Translations under genes and position numbers: made by a program | The notes under the pieces: model-generated | The model's input: only the letters and a program-made list of their open reading frames with translations | Databases searched by the model: none | What the model was told of the DNA's origin: nothing | Shown here: one piece after another, positions 50,400 through 64,000 of the stretch | Layout of the letters: each line of letters begins with the position of its first letter | Numbering within the stretch: position 1 is the stretch's first letter | Origin: Dictyostelium discoideum | Lineage: Eukaryota | DNA: 64,000 bases | Assembly (NCBI GenBank): GCA_000004695.1 | Contig: CM000152.2 | Location: 832,001-896,000, forward strand | Reading direction: 5' to 3'

Positions 50400-51101
50400 T
50401 TTCCTTTTCTTATTTATTTTATTAATTAATTAAAAAAAAAAATAAAAAAAAAAAACTTCTTTCTTTTTATAAGAACCTTTTTCAAAAAAAAAAAAAATAA
50501 AAAAAAAAATAAAATTGGTACGACATATAAATATAAAATAATATAATAAAGCCCCATAATTTATCTATATAAAATATACAAAGTTATATGTATTAATTTG
50601 TGTTTTTATTAAGATTCTTTAATCTATTAAATATAGATTATCTTTTATTTTTTTCACCCCTCTCTTTGTATTTCCATCATGAATTTTAACCATATATATA
50701 TATATATAATTAAAACAAGCAAAAATGAAAAATAATAAAAACAATGAAAAAAAAAAAAAAAAAAAAGTGTGGTGCTATAATAATAAATACAAGATGATGA
50801 ATGATTATCAATTAAATCTTATAAAAATATAAACAAATATTAAATAAATAAACAAAACACCAACAGTTTACAAAACAATACAAAGCTTTCTTTTTTTTAA
50901 TTTTATTTTATTTTATATTTTATTTATATAATTTAAAAAAAAAAAAAAGATATACCAAGAATTTAATTTTTTTTTAATTTTTTTTTTTTTTTTTTATTAA
51001 TGGTTGATTTATTTACCATAATAGTACTATTTATTTATTTATATTTACAAAAAAAAAGGTATATTTATTTCTTAATAGAAATATATAATACCATTGCTAT
51101 T

Positions 51102-51692
51102 TTAATCATTATGTAAATGAGTATTTGGTTGTTGTGATTGTTGTTGTTGTTGTTGTTGTTGTTGCTGTTGCTGTTGTTGTGATTGCTGTTGTTGTTGTTG
51201 TTGATAAATTAAATTTGGTTTTAAAGATGAATAAAAACCAAATCCCCAAAAGATAGTGAAAATGAATAACATTACAGAAGAGAATAAATTGAATAGTTTT
51301 GGATTTGTAAATTGAAGACCCCATAATAATGCTAAAAACAAACCAGTTAAACCAAAAAGTGTTTTAGTACACATCCAAGTAAAGAAATCATTATTGTTAT
51401 AACCTCTTCCATCAACATTACCACCAACATAATTTGTATTACCACCATTACTGTTACTTCCAAAACCATAGCTATTTGTATTATAATAACCACCACCAGC
51501 ACCGCCACCACTACCATTATTATCAACTTGATCAGCGGTTAAAGGATTTTTTATTAAGCAATGAACGAAACCCGGTCCATTAACACCATTCAATAAATTT
51601 GGATGAGTTGATAAAAATTGATTATCAATCATTGCTCTACCATTATATATAAATAAAATTCTTTTATTATCTTGAATTTCTTTTGGATAAAA
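51102..51692 (-). CDS. TMUB-like protein, exon 2/2
   Basis: Acceptor atatttag|TTTTATCC. It encodes FYPKEIQDNKRILFIYNGRAMIDNQFLSTHPNL...FVHCLI (the rest of the UBL), then a hairpin of two TM helices and a poly-Q tail. Confidence 0.6.
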   Translation of the reverse strand, partial: FYPKEIQDNKRILFIYNGRAMIDNQFLSTHPNLLNGVNGPGFVHCLIKNPLTADQVDNNGSGGGAGGGYYNTNSYGFGSNSNGGNTNYVGGNVDGRGYNNNDFFTWMCTKTLFGLTGLFLALLWGLQFTNPKLFNLFSSVMLFIFTIFWGFGFYSSLKPNLIYQQQQQQQSQQQQQQQQQQQQQQSQQPNTHLHND

Positions 51693-51711
51693 CTAAATAT
51701 TCATAAAAATA

Positions 51712-51742
<31 letters not shown>

Positions 51743-51786
51743 AATATATTAATTAAAAAGTGTGTGGGAATAAAATAATACATTAC

Positions 51787-52253
51787 ATATTTTTTTAAAT
51801 CATAAACTTTTAAAATTTTAGATTGTCTAAATGTTCTATGATAAACTGTTTCTGATTGAATAATATTAATTTTAACTAAATCATCAATATCTGATGTAAA
51901 ATTCTCTTGATATGGTTCTGTTGGTCTCTCAATTGGTTGTATTATTGGAGTATCATTATCTGTTGCTGTTGCTGTTGCTGTTGTTTGTATATTACTGTTT
52001 TCATTATTACTACTTGTATTGTTACTATTACTTTCTGAAAAATCAATATTACCCAAGTTGGGGCCATTATTATTGTTATTAGTATTATTATTTATTCTAT
52101 TGTTGCTTATTGAGCTACTTCCATTTCTTGAACCACTAAGATATGATAAAAATTGTGTACCTGGTCTACTCCAAAAAAAGAATGTGATGAGAGATATAAT
52201 AATTGAAAAGAATAAGATAGAATCAAAATTTTGATTCAAAACTTCTGGTGTAT

Positions 52254-52257
<4 letters not shown>
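51787..52257 (-). CDS. TMUB-like protein (transmembrane + ubiquitin-like domain), exon 1/2
   Basis: ATG at 52257 on the minus strand. It has an N-terminal TM helix (ILFFSIIISLITFFFW), a Ser/Asn-rich linker and the start of a ubiquitin-like fold (VYHRTFRQSKILKVYDLKKY). The GTAATG donor is in phase 0. Confidence 0.6.
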
Positions 52258-52290
<33 letters not shown>

Positions 52291-53093
52291 TAATTTTCAC
52301 CTTTTCTTATTTTCTTTTTTGTTTTTTTTTTTTTTTTTTTTTTTTATTTATCTGAAATGCATTGAAAGCAATAAAAAAATAAATAAATAAAAAAAAAGTT
52401 TGTATGTGTAGATAAAAAAAAAAAAAGAAAACAAAAAATAAAAAATTATATGAATTGTATAAATTAAATTAAAAAAAAAAAATAAAAATAAAAATAAAAA
52501 TTAAAAAAAAATTAAAAAAAAAAAAAAAAAAAAAAAGTAAAATAAAAAAACAAAAAAAAAAAAAAAATAGACTTTTAAAAAATTTACAAATATATTCGTT
52601 GATCAATTATTTATTTTTTTGATATAACAGTTTTGGATATTTATTTTTATTAAATATTAATATTTATTTATTTATATTTTCTTTTTTTTTTAAATTAATA
52701 CTTTTTCTATTTTTTTTTTTTTTAAAAATTTATTTTTTAATTTATTTTTTTTTTTTTTTTTTTTTTTTTAATTTTGTGTGTAAAAATATTTATTTTTTAT
52801 TACTTTTTAATTTTTATTCAATTCCTTTTTTGTGTGTGTAAAATTAATTATAAAAAAAAAAAAAAAAAAATAACATTTCTAATTTTTTTATTTTTTTATT
52901 TTATTTTATTTTTGGATTTAAAATATCTCTGCCGAATTTTCTAAAATTTTTTTTTTTTATTTAAAAATTTTAGACCAACGCCAAAAAAAAAAGAAATAAA
53001 AAAAAAATAAAAAAAAACCTTCAAAAAAAAAAAAAAAAAAAAACAAAAACAAAAAAAAAAAAAAAAAAAGTCAGAACAAATTAAAATTATACA

Positions 53094-54641
<1,548 letters not shown>

Positions 54642-54710
54642 GTATGTAATTTATTATTATTATTGTTATTATTAGATGGGGATCCACTAATTATTGAATT
54701 GGTATACTAA

Positions 54711-54741
<31 letters not shown>

Positions 54742-54748
54742 AAAAAAG

Positions 54749-54826
54749 GGTTGCTCGGCTATATCAAAAGATGGTGATGGATTATATGAAGGATTGGATT
54801 GGTTAAGTTCACAATTTGATTCATAA
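54749..54826 (+). CDS. Atypical Arf-family GTPase, exon 2/2
   Basis: Acceptor aaaaaaag|ggttgc. It encodes GCSAISKDGDGLYEGLDWLSSQFDS*, which is the Arf G5 (CSA) motif and the conserved C-terminal helix. Confidence 0.7.
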   Translation, partial: GCSAISKDGDGLYEGLDWLSSQFDS

Positions 54827-54938
54827 TAAACATAAATTAACCAATAAATTAAAAATAATAGTAATGTGTATACAAAAAAAAAAAAAAAAGACCAACCAAA
54901 CTTTTTGTTTTTTTTATTTTTATTTTTTTTTGCTTTTT

Positions 54939-54989
<51 letters not shown>

Positions 54990-55013
54990 CTTTCATATGA
55001 AACTAATCAAAAA

Positions 55014-55952
55014 ATGGATAAAATAAATAATAACAATAAAAAGATAAATAGAGCTAATATTAGCTCATTTATTTTATTTTTTATATGTATATTATCAATT
55101 GGTATATTATTATTCTTTAATGGGTTCTTATTGATGAGATTTGAACTACCATTAAAAAGTCAATGTAATCAATCACCATTACCAAATTATGATGCTATCA
55201 ATAATAATAATTTAAATAATAATAATAATAATGGATGTTGGATGAATAAAACCTATAATAAAGCAGTTATTGTAGTGATTGATGCATTAAGATATGATTT
55301 TGTAGCTAGACAACCAATTTCAAATGGCAGTAGTGGTGGTGGTGGTGATTCAACTTCAATTTATTTTCATAATAGATTAACTTCAATTCAAAATTTAATT
55401 GATAATAAACCTGAAAATTCACTATTTTATAAATTTGTAGCTGATTCACCAACTGTTACAATGCAAAGAATTAAAGGAATTACAACTGGTTCATTACCAA
55501 CATTTATTGATGTTGGTTCAAATTTTGGTGGTGATGCAATCGTTGAAGATAGTTTAGTTAATCAATTATCATTTTTTGATAATCATAATAATAATAATAG
55601 CAGCAATAATAATCATAATAATAATAATAATAAAAATGATAATAATGATAATGATGAAAAAGTAGGAAAATTTAGAAATAAAGTAATTTTCATTGGTGAT
55701 GATACTTGGGTAGGACTTTTTCCGAATCATTTTTATGCAGAGTATCCTTATCCATCATTTAATGTAAAAGATATTGATACTGTTGATAATGGTGTTTTAG
55801 AACATCTTTTACCAACAATTACAAAATTAAATGATGAATGGGATGTTGCAATCGCTCATCTTTTAGGTGTTGATCATGTTGGTCATACCTATGGTCCTTA
55901 TCACCCTGAAATGATTAGAAAATTAAATCAAATGGATGAATTCCTTTTATCT
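55014..55952 (+). CDS. GPI ethanolamine-phosphate transferase 3 (PIG-O/Gpi13), exon 1/2
   Basis: ATG at 55014 encodes MDKINNNN... with a TM anchor. The phosphatase/sulfatase-like domain follows (VIVVIDALRYDF, HLLGVDHVGHTYGPYHPEM), and a GTAAGT donor is at 55953. The ORF track starts upstream in-frame inside a T-tract and is disregarded. Confidence 0.75.
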
Positions 55953-56030
55953 GTAAGTTTTTAATAAAATATATATATATATTAAAAAATTAAAAAAATT
56001 AAAGTGAGTATGTGTTCTAATATAATCATT

Positions 56031-56067
<37 letters not shown>

Positions 56068-56076
56068 CAAAAAAAG

Positions 56077-58500
56077 ATTATAAATAATATTAAAAATGAT
56101 ACTTTATTTATATTAATGGGTGATCATGGTATGACAACAGATGGAAATCATGGTGGTGCATCATTATTGGAGACTGAAGCAGCTTTGTTTATGTATTCAC
56201 CAGGAATAAAGATTAATAGTTCAAATAGTATTCCAAAGGAAATTTTAAAATCTAGATTATCATCAGTACCATTTGATCATTATGATAGCAATAATGATAA
56301 TATTAATAATAATAATAATAATAATAATAATGACAATAATCAAATAGTACGTGATATTAGTCAAATTGATTTAGTATCAACATTATCATTAGCATTAGGT
56401 GTACCAATTCCATTTGGTAATCTTGGTAGTATAATTCCTGAACTTTTCTTTAGTAGTGGTGGTGAAAATATTGAAAATCAATGGAATAATTTATTTAATG
56501 CATTAAGAATTAATACTTTTCAAATTAAAAGATATATTGAAGAATATTCAAAAATTTCAAAAGAATTTCCAATTTCAAAATTACAACATTTTGATCAACT
56601 TTTAAAAACAACAGAAGATTTATTTAATAAATATCAAAATAGTGCTACCAATACCATTAATCCAATTGATATCTATAAAGGTTATATTCAATATCATCAA
56701 GAAGTAATTGAATTATGTAGAAATATTTGGGCAACATTTGATTTATTCTCAATGGATTGTGGTATATTGTTAATTTTATTATCAATTATTTCAATCATAT
56801 TTTTTATTGTAAAATTAATTTCAATTGGTGGCGGTGCTGCTGGTGCTGGTGAAACTATTAAATTCCCGATAAAGTCAATTGGAATTTCAATTGGATTTGG
56901 TTTAATCATATCAACTATTACAAATATAACATTATCAAAAATGAATTTATCAGATAAATATTCATCACAAACAATTACACTTACAATTCCATCAATAATT
57001 TCAATAATTTGTTTTATTTATAAATTAAAATCTATACCAATAATATCAACAACAACAACAACATCATCTTCTTCAAATTTAACATTTATTTCACAATTAA
57101 AATCATTTTATTTATATATAATTAAATCAATTTCAATTTTTAAAATTATTACAACAATTTTACCTATTGCTACATTTATTTTACATGGAGTATCATTTTA
57201 TTCAAATAGTTTTATAGAAGCTCAACAAGGTGTTGTTTACTTTTTCTTGGTTAGTAATATTTTATTACTTTTAATAAATTCATTTAAAAATAAATTAAAA
57301 TGGTCATTAAATGATACTTTATTATCAATTGGTACCTTTATTTCATTATTTTTATCATCACCATTAATTTGGAATTTTAAATTCTCTTCATTATTTATAC
57401 CAAATTTAAATGAAACCAATGGAGATAATATTTTTTCAAATCTTTTTGAAACATTTTGGGTATTACCATTAATTTTCATATTATGGAGAAACATTATTTT
57501 CAAACAAACTTCAACAATTTCATCAATTTCAACAACACCTTTAATTCACCAAATTTTATTATCAATTTCTTTGATTTCAATTTCTTTATATTGGTATATT
57601 ATTCAACCATTAATCTCATCTAATAAATATCAATTTAATTGGATTGAAAAGAGTATTTTACCTTGGATAGTTTATTTATCATCAATAATTGGTTTATACT
57701 ATACCATAGTCAATAATAATAATAATAATAATAATAACAATAGTAGTACCACCAAAATTAATAATCCAGTTGAAAAATTATTAAAAAGATTGGTTTATAT
57801 TTGTTGTTATTTCTATTTAGTAATTTTATTATTACTTGGTGTTGAAAATTCAAAATCAACTTTATTAATGTTATCACAAGCTATTTTCATTGCTTATATA
57901 TTAATACCAACCAATATTAATAATAATAATAATTATTATTTTAAATTTATAGTTTTATCAATTATTTTTGGATTTTTATCAATTAATGATTTCTTTACAA
58001 GTGGTCATGAATATTCATTTAATAAAATTCAATTTGAATCAGCATTCATTGGTTTTGAGAATCATTTCTATTTAAGAGATGGTTTATTGGTTTTATTAAA
58101 TACTTTTTCATCACCAATATTTTTCACACTTTCATTACCAATCGTTATAATTTATACTCGTTTTTATAGATTATTAAAAATGAAACAATTGGTTATATTA
58201 TCAAATACAAAGGAGTTGTTGGAAATTGATGAAAATGAAATTCAATCATTTTTCAGTCTAAAGGATTTATTAATTTCATTCCTTTGTCAATTGGTTTTCT
58301 ATGGTTATCAAACATTACATATTTGTATCTCAGTTTATGGTTTACGTAGACATTTAATGGTTTGGCGTGTTTTTGCTCCAAAATATATTTTTGAAAGTAT
58401 TCAATTATTAATTGTTTCTTTCTTTATATTATTTTTATCAATATTAATATCATATTTTATAAATTTAAATCAAAAAAAGAATTTAATTAAAATTAAATAA
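56077..58500 (+). CDS. GPI ethanolamine-phosphate transferase 3 (PIG-O/Gpi13), exon 2/2
   Basis: Acceptor aaaaag|attata. It encodes IINNIKNDTLFILMGDHGMTTDGNHGG..., then about 12 predicted TM helices to a stop at 58498-58500. In total the two exons give about 1120 aa. Confidence 0.75.
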   Translation: MINNIKNDTLFILMGDHGMTTDGNHGGASLLETEAALFMYSPGIKINSSNSIPKEILKSRLSSVPFDHYDSNNDNINNNNNNNNNDNNQIVRDISQIDLVSTLSLALGVPIPFGNLGSIIPELFFSSGGENIENQWNNLFNALRINTFQIKRYIEEYSKISKEFPISKLQHFDQLLKTTEDLFNKYQNSATNTINPIDIYKGYIQYHQEVIELCRNIWATFDLFSMDCGILLILLSIISIIFFIVKLISIGGGAAGAGETIKFPIKSIGISIGFGLIISTITNITLSKMNLSDKYSSQTITLTIPSIISIICFIYKLKSIPIISTTTTTSSSSNLTFISQLKSFYLYIIKSISIFKIITTILPIATFILHGVSFYSNSFIEAQQGVVYFFLVSNILLLLINSFKNKLKWSLNDTLLSIGTFISLFLSSPLIWNFKFSSLFIPNLNETNGDNIFSNLFETFWVLPLIFILWRNIIFKQTSTISSISTTPLIHQILLSISLISISLYWYIIQPLISSNKYQFNWIEKSILPWIVYLSSIIGLYYTIVNNNNNNNNNNSSTTKINNPVEKLLKRLVYICCYFYLVILLLLGVENSKSTLLMLSQAIFIAYILIPTNINNNNNYYFKFIVLSIIFGFLSINDFFTSGHEYSFNKIQFESAFIGFENHFYLRDGLLVLLNTFSSPIFFTLSLPIVIIYTRFYRLLKMKQLVILSNTKELLEIDENEIQSFFSLKDLLISFLCQLVFYGYQTLHICISVYGLRRHLMVWRVFAPKYIFESIQLLIVSFFILFLSILISYFINLNQKKNLIKIK

Positions 58501-58637
58501 AAATAAATTAAATTAAAATTTAAATAAATTTATCTTTTTTTTTTTTATTCTGTGTATTTAAATATATATATATATATCTCTATATATATTAATATATTTG
58601 AAAATTAAATTTTCTTTTATTTTTAATTTTTTTAATA

Positions 58638-59748
58638 TTATTTGGAAATTGATAATTTTGAAAGTGAGGCACTTGAAGAAGAATCAGAAGATAAAGAAGA
58701 AAGATTTGGAGTTGTTGAAGTTGATGAATTATTACTATTATCAGTACTATTATTATTATTACTATTACTACTGTTATTAATTGTAATTATTATATTATTA
58801 CTTTTTCTATTATTAATACTCTTTCTATTATTAGAGGAGTTATTATTTTTATTATTACTATTATGAGAAGATATATTTAAAATATTTGTACAAAATAATT
58901 TTGCTTCATATTTTAAAAGTTGATCTTTAAAACCTGGATTTGGTTGAATTTGAGGTCTTTTTGATTGAACTAGATCCATTGCCTGTTTAAAGGTCATTCT
59001 TTGATATTTCATCAAGTAAGAGATTACCAAAGTTGAACTTCTACTGATACCTGCTCTACAATGTACTAAAACACCACCAGATTTTCTACCAGATTCAATG
59101 AAACAATTGGTTTGTTCAAAATGTTGACTAATATCATATTGTGGTGCATCTCTAGCATCATCAATTGAATAGTATTTGAAAGTTTTTGGAAAGAATGGTT
59201 CACAATCACCAATTGCCAAAAGAATATGTGTGATACCTAAAGTTTGTAAAATTGGTGCATTGTTTGCACTATCAAGTCCACCTAAAAATATTCCTGGTAT
59301 AATTTCACTTGGTATACTTGTAACTAGTGTCATTAATGATTCAACCTGTTTATATTCAACTGGTAATGAAATTAATTCCCTATTATCACGAATATTTAAT
59401 TCCTTTAAACATCCTAATCCACCTCCTTCTAATTCTGTTGAATTAATCATTTCTAATATATTATTTTTATTACAATTATTATTATTATCATTATTATTAT
59501 TATTATTATTATTACTATTATTACTATCATTATTATTACTATTTATATTATTACATGTATTTATATTTTCATCATATTCATCAATATCAATATCGCTATA
59601 AGATTGCTTTATTCTTGATGGTACTAAATAAGCAAAATCTTTTGGTAAACTTAATAATTTATTTGATGATATATCAAATGTTACTAAATTCACTAATTTT
59701 CTCATTGATGGTAAACTTGTAATTTGATTATATGATAACCATACCATT
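58638..59748 (-). CDS. LRR-containing MKP-like DUSP, exon 3/3 (last LRRs plus dual-specificity phosphatase catalytic domain)
   Basis: Acceptor ttttag|AATGG. It encodes MVWLSYNQITSLPS...IFLGG...VLVHCRAGISRSSTLVISYLM (the HCxxGxxRS active site), then a Ser/Asn-rich tail and a stop at 58638-58640. Confidence 0.8.
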
Positions 59749-59843
59749 CTAAAAAAAAAAAATAATAATAATAATAAATAAAATAATAAATTTTAATAAT
59801 TGTGAATTTTTATTATTATTAATATATTACTAGAATTACATAC

Positions 59844-60026
59844 CTTAAATTAATTAAATCATCAAAATTTGGTGGTAAAGTTTTTAATTTATTTTGTGAT
59901 AAATCCAATGAAATTAATTGAGAAAGATTTGATAATGAATTTGGTAAATATTCTAATGCATTATGTTTAATTGAAAGATATTTTAAATTTTTGATTTGAT
60001 CAATATCGTCTGGAATTGATGAGATA
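59844..60026 (-). CDS. LRR-containing MKP-like DUSP, exon 2/3 (LRRs)
   Basis: Acceptor ttttag|TATCTC follows an intron that is mostly (ATT)n. It encodes FISSIPDDIDQIKNLKYLSIKHNALEYLPNSLSNLSQLISLDLSQNKLKTLPPNFDDLINLR and ends at a GTATGT donor. Confidence 0.7.
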
Positions 60027-60059
60027 CTAAAATAATAATAATAGTTATTAATATATTGT

Positions 60060-60228
<169 letters not shown>

Positions 60229-60248
60229 TAATGTTATTTATAACTTAC

Positions 60249-61525
60249 AAATTTCTATCTAATATTAAAGAAGTTAAAGATGGTAATTCAATGAAAACAG
60301 AAGTTTGAAGTTTTGAAAGCTTATTTCTTGTTAAATTTACAGTTGTTAAAGATTTGACTAATTGAAGATCTGGAATTATTTGGAAAAAGTTTGTTGATAA
60401 TGTTAATTCTTGAATTTCAAATCTTGCCATTATAGATAAAATATCATTTGTAATATTCTCTAATCTATTAATTGATAAATCTAATGAAAAGATTTTAATA
60501 TCTGATTTAACTGACATTAAACTATTTTCATTAAAATATGATGCACCATCTTTTGCATTGGTATTGGTGGTGTTATTTGGTGTTATGATATTACTACTAC
60601 TCAATGAATTCTTTCTTAAGGTACTATGTTCTTTTTTAATCTTTTGTTTTGTTGGCTCTTTTGTTTTATTTCTATTAAATGCTGGTATTGATGTTGATCT
60701 AGAGGTTTGTGCTGCTGCTAAAATTGGTTTAATGTTTGTAGTGGATGAAGATTTATTGTTTACTATTTTAGCTGATTCATCTTTATCTTTTGATTTTTGT
60801 GTTTGTTGTTGAGAAGATTGTTTAGAATCTTCATTTTGTTGTTGTTGTTGTTGTTGTTGTCTCTTTTTCTCTGCACTATTATCATCAAATGTCTCAGTTG
60901 TTAAATCTGTATTTAATTGGAAATCAGATTCAAAACTCTTTAATACTGATGATGATGGTGATGGAACTGGTGAAGACTTTAAAAAAGAACTTTCAACAAT
61001 TTCTTGATTTTCTGTTTCTTCTTGAGCCAATCTGATTTGTTGTTCATTTGGTGTAGATGATTCCGATATATCTCTATTTGTTAAATCTAATGATGTTCTT
61101 TGTTGTTGTTGTTGCTGTGGTGGTGTTATCATTATTGTTGTTGTTGGAGTGGATGTTGTAGTAGTTGTTGTTGTTGTTGTGATTATGGTAGAGTTGTTTA
61201 ATGTATTATTATTATTATTATTATTACTATTATTATTGCTATTGTTATTACTACTATTATCTCTATTCTTTTTAACAGTCTTATTTTTGATGAAATCACT
61301 ATTTATCAATGAATCAGCTTGAACAATTTCGTAATGTTCAAAAAATGTTGAAAACATTTGAGGTTTCAATTTTTTATAATTTCTATTCTTATAATCAATA
61401 TGATATCTTCCTTCTAAGTCAATAATCATATTTTCTGAAACTCCACTATAGCCACTGCCACCACCACCACTACCACCACCACTACCACTATTACCACCAT
61501 TTTCGCTTGAATGTGAATTACCCAT
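60249..61525 (-). CDS. LRR-containing MAP-kinase-phosphatase-like DUSP (Mpl family), exon 1/3
   Basis: ATG at 61525 on the minus strand. MGNSHSS suggests an N-myristoylation consensus. It has a Gly-rich start, Asn/Gln/Thr-rich tracts and the first leucine-rich repeats (LSINRLENITNDI..., LTRNKLSKLQTSVFIELPSLTSLILDRN). The GTAAGT donor is in phase 2. Confidence 0.7.
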
Positions 61526-63371
61526 TTTTTTTTTTTTTTATTTGTTTGTTTGTTTTTTTTTTTTTTTTTTAGTGTATACTTTTTTAAATATTTTAAATTA
61601 TATTTTTACTATTATTTATTTTATTTTTTTTTTTTACTTTTTTAATATATTATTGTTTTTATTTTTGTATTATATTTTGTGTGGTGATTTATGTGTATAA
61701 ATTTTAAAATAATAAAAAAAAAAATAAATAAGAAAAATGATGGAATTAAATGATGGTTATTACAAAAAAAATAAAAAATAAAATAAATAAAAAAAAAGTA
61801 AAACTAAATTTAAATTAAAAAATGCCTATATTATTATTATTATTATTATTATAATTTGTAAAAAAAAAAAATATATGTGTGTTTAGTGTGGTGGGTGATA
61901 AAAATTGGGATATATAATAGGTCTATTTTGGTTATTTTTTTTTTTTTTTGATGTGTTTATAAATAAAAATTTTATTGAACCAAAAAAAAAATAAAAAAAT
62001 AATAAAATAAAAAGAATAAAAAAATAATAAAAAAGGAATTATGAAAACAAAAACAAAAAAAAAAAAAAAAAAAAAAAGTAAAAAAAAAAAAAAAAAAAAA
62101 AAGTTGAAAATTTGACGTTTTTTAAATATTTTTTTAGCAATCTAGATTTCAAAAAACTTTTTTTTATTTTTAGCAACAATTATGACAAAAACGAAAAAAA
62201 AAATAAATAAAAAAAAAAAAAATAAAAAAAGATGAAAAAGTTGGATGGTTTGGCATTGAGCAATGGTTTTTTTTTTGTCATATTAAACGTTGTAACATTA
62301 CACAAAAATTATCAAAAAAAAAAAAAAAAAAATATTGTTATTGATCACTTAAATTTCGAATAATCATTTAAATATTCTTGAAGTTTTAAAACCAATATCA
62401 TATAGGTTATGTTTTTTTACAATTAAAAAAAAAAAATAATAATAAAAATAATAATAAAAAAAAACAGATAATAATTTAAAACATCTTGTCATATTTTTTT
62501 TTAATTTGATGTTTATAAATCTTTTTGATTATTAATAATATTTTTTTTTTTTTTTTTTTTTTTTTTATTTTTAAAAATTGATATTATTATATATTCATTA
62601 GAAATAACTATTTTAAATGATTTTAATTCAAATATTATGAATGGTGGTGGATCAATTAATATGCTATTTAAAAAAATAATGGTAGAATATTGATAATAAT
62701 TATTATGATTGTAATGAATTGATTTAAGATACTTCAATAATTTATCCACCACTTTAAAATTATAATCAAAAATCAAAAACATTTATTTCAAAAAAAAATT
62801 AGAATAATAAAGAATATCTCATTATTTTACAAATTTGTAAACACAGTAATATATATATATATATATATATATTTGAAAGCCTGTATCAATGATAAAACAG
62901 TTTTTTTTTTATTTTTTTATAATTTTTTTTTTTATTAGTATAATAAATAAATATTATCTATCTCTTTTATTCATTTATTTTTTTATTTTTTTATTTTTAA
63001 CTTTTTATTTTTTTATTGTTTTTACTTTTTTTTGAGTATTGGTGATTTAAATTATTGTCACCACCTCCTCTAATTAAATTTAGAATTGAAAGATTTTATT
63101 CATTTAGAATAGAAGTTGGTACACTGGTATGAGTTACCAATTCAGTTTTACTATTTGTGATTCTATGAGTTGTTGCATACAAACTTTTATAAGTGAAAAT
63201 GCATAATCTTCTCATGTAAGGATAATACGATTGTTGAACAGTTGGTTGAGTTGAATCGATTTAAATTACTGATAATTGAGTTGAAATGGTTTGAATTACT
63301 GGTGGTTGATTTGAATTTGTTGGGGGATTACTGTTGTTTGATTATACATTGGATTATCAAGATTGAACATG

Positions 63372-63469
63372 ATTATTAGAATCTAAAATAGTTGAGTTGA
63401 TCTTCAAAAACAAAAAAAGTTTTAAAAGTTCAGCTATGCTATTAACTCAACTATTTTAGATTCTAATAA
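63372..63469 (+). repeat. Perfect 28-bp inverted repeat (gattattagaatctaaaatagttgagtt ... aactcaactattttagattctaataatc) with a 42-nt spacer
   Basis: Arm 2 is the exact reverse complement of arm 1. The pair could form a hairpin or cruciform. Confidence 0.8.
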
Positions 63470-63570
63470 TCTTGCTCAATCTTGATCATCCAATGAATAG
63501 CCTAACAGTAGTGATCCCAACAAATTCAACCCAACCACCATTAAAATTATAGGGTTTTGTTTTAATTTAA

Positions 63571-63631
<61 letters not shown>

Positions 63632-64000
63632 ATTATCAAAACTTAACTCTCTGATGCATTAGTAGTTGTAGTATTAATTGTTGGTTCAGTTGAAAATGGA
63701 TTTCTACTATTATTATTATTGAATGAATAATTTGGACTATAAATTTTTGAAGAAAAATAAATAAATAAAAAAATTAGTTAAATTAATTATTGTGGTGATG
63801 GTTGGCTATTGACATAATTTGAAAAATAAAAAAAAAAAGTTATTTCTATAGAAAATGCAAGAATAAAAAAAAAAAAAAAATAACAATAATTATAATAAAA
63901 AAAAAAAAGTAATAAGAAAAAAAGATAACCATCTAGAACAAAGATAATTTTTTATATTTTTATACTTTTTTTTTAATGTTTGAAATTTTTAATATAAAAG

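Noticed and set aside
63640-63760. Possible minus-strand C-terminal coding fragment (…SKIYSPNYSFNNNNSRNPFSTEPTINTTTTNASES*) at the window edge
   Set aside because: It is too short, there is no upstream exon within the window to anchor it, and it could equally be non-coding.

Overview
The window is AT-rich (~75-80% A+T) eukaryotic nuclear DNA with the hallmarks of Dictyostelium discoideum. Coding regions carry long in-frame (AAT)n/(CAA)n tracts that give poly-Asn/poly-Gln runs. Introns are very short and almost pure A/T, starting GTAAGT or GTATGT and ending AG. Intergenic regions are oligo(A)/oligo(T) deserts. There are no prokaryotic features such as CRISPR arrays, operons or Shine-Dalgarno sites. 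I reconstructed about 22 protein-coding genes by hand. Many are spliced, and the supplied ORF track breaks at every intron and sometimes starts ORFs at TTG/GTG. The genes are: a tandem Cys4 zinc-ribbon protein, an SH2-domain protein kinase (Shk family), a 3-hydroxyacyl-CoA dehydratase (HACD/PTPLA), a large secreted mucin-like repeat protein, a type-I membrane protein, phosphopantothenoylcysteine decarboxylase, an AP180/CALM ANTH-domain clathrin adaptor, eRF3, an ABHD11-like hydrolase, a RhoGEF(DH)+RhoGAP protein, a Cid1/GLD-2-type non-canonical poly(A) polymerase, a METTL10-like methyltransferase, ribosomal protein S20, a multi-pass membrane protein, an SRSF3/7-like RRM + CCHC-knuckle + RD-rich protein, a double-AAA ATPase (Afg2/SPATA5/NVL-like), a TMUB-like membrane ubiquitin-like protein, an atypical Arf-family GTPase with an N-terminal F-box, PIG-O/Gpi13 GPI-ethanolamine-phosphate transferase, and an LRR-containing MAPK-phosphatase (Mpl-like). 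There is also a decayed RNase T2 pseudogene and a four-member family of small secreted Cys-rich paralogues, arranged as two head-to-tail pairs in inverted orientation around a 14 kb gene block. I found no tRNA or rRNA genes. Other notable non-genic features are a >1.2 kb strand-pure homopurine (GAAA)n-derived tract and several minisatellites.
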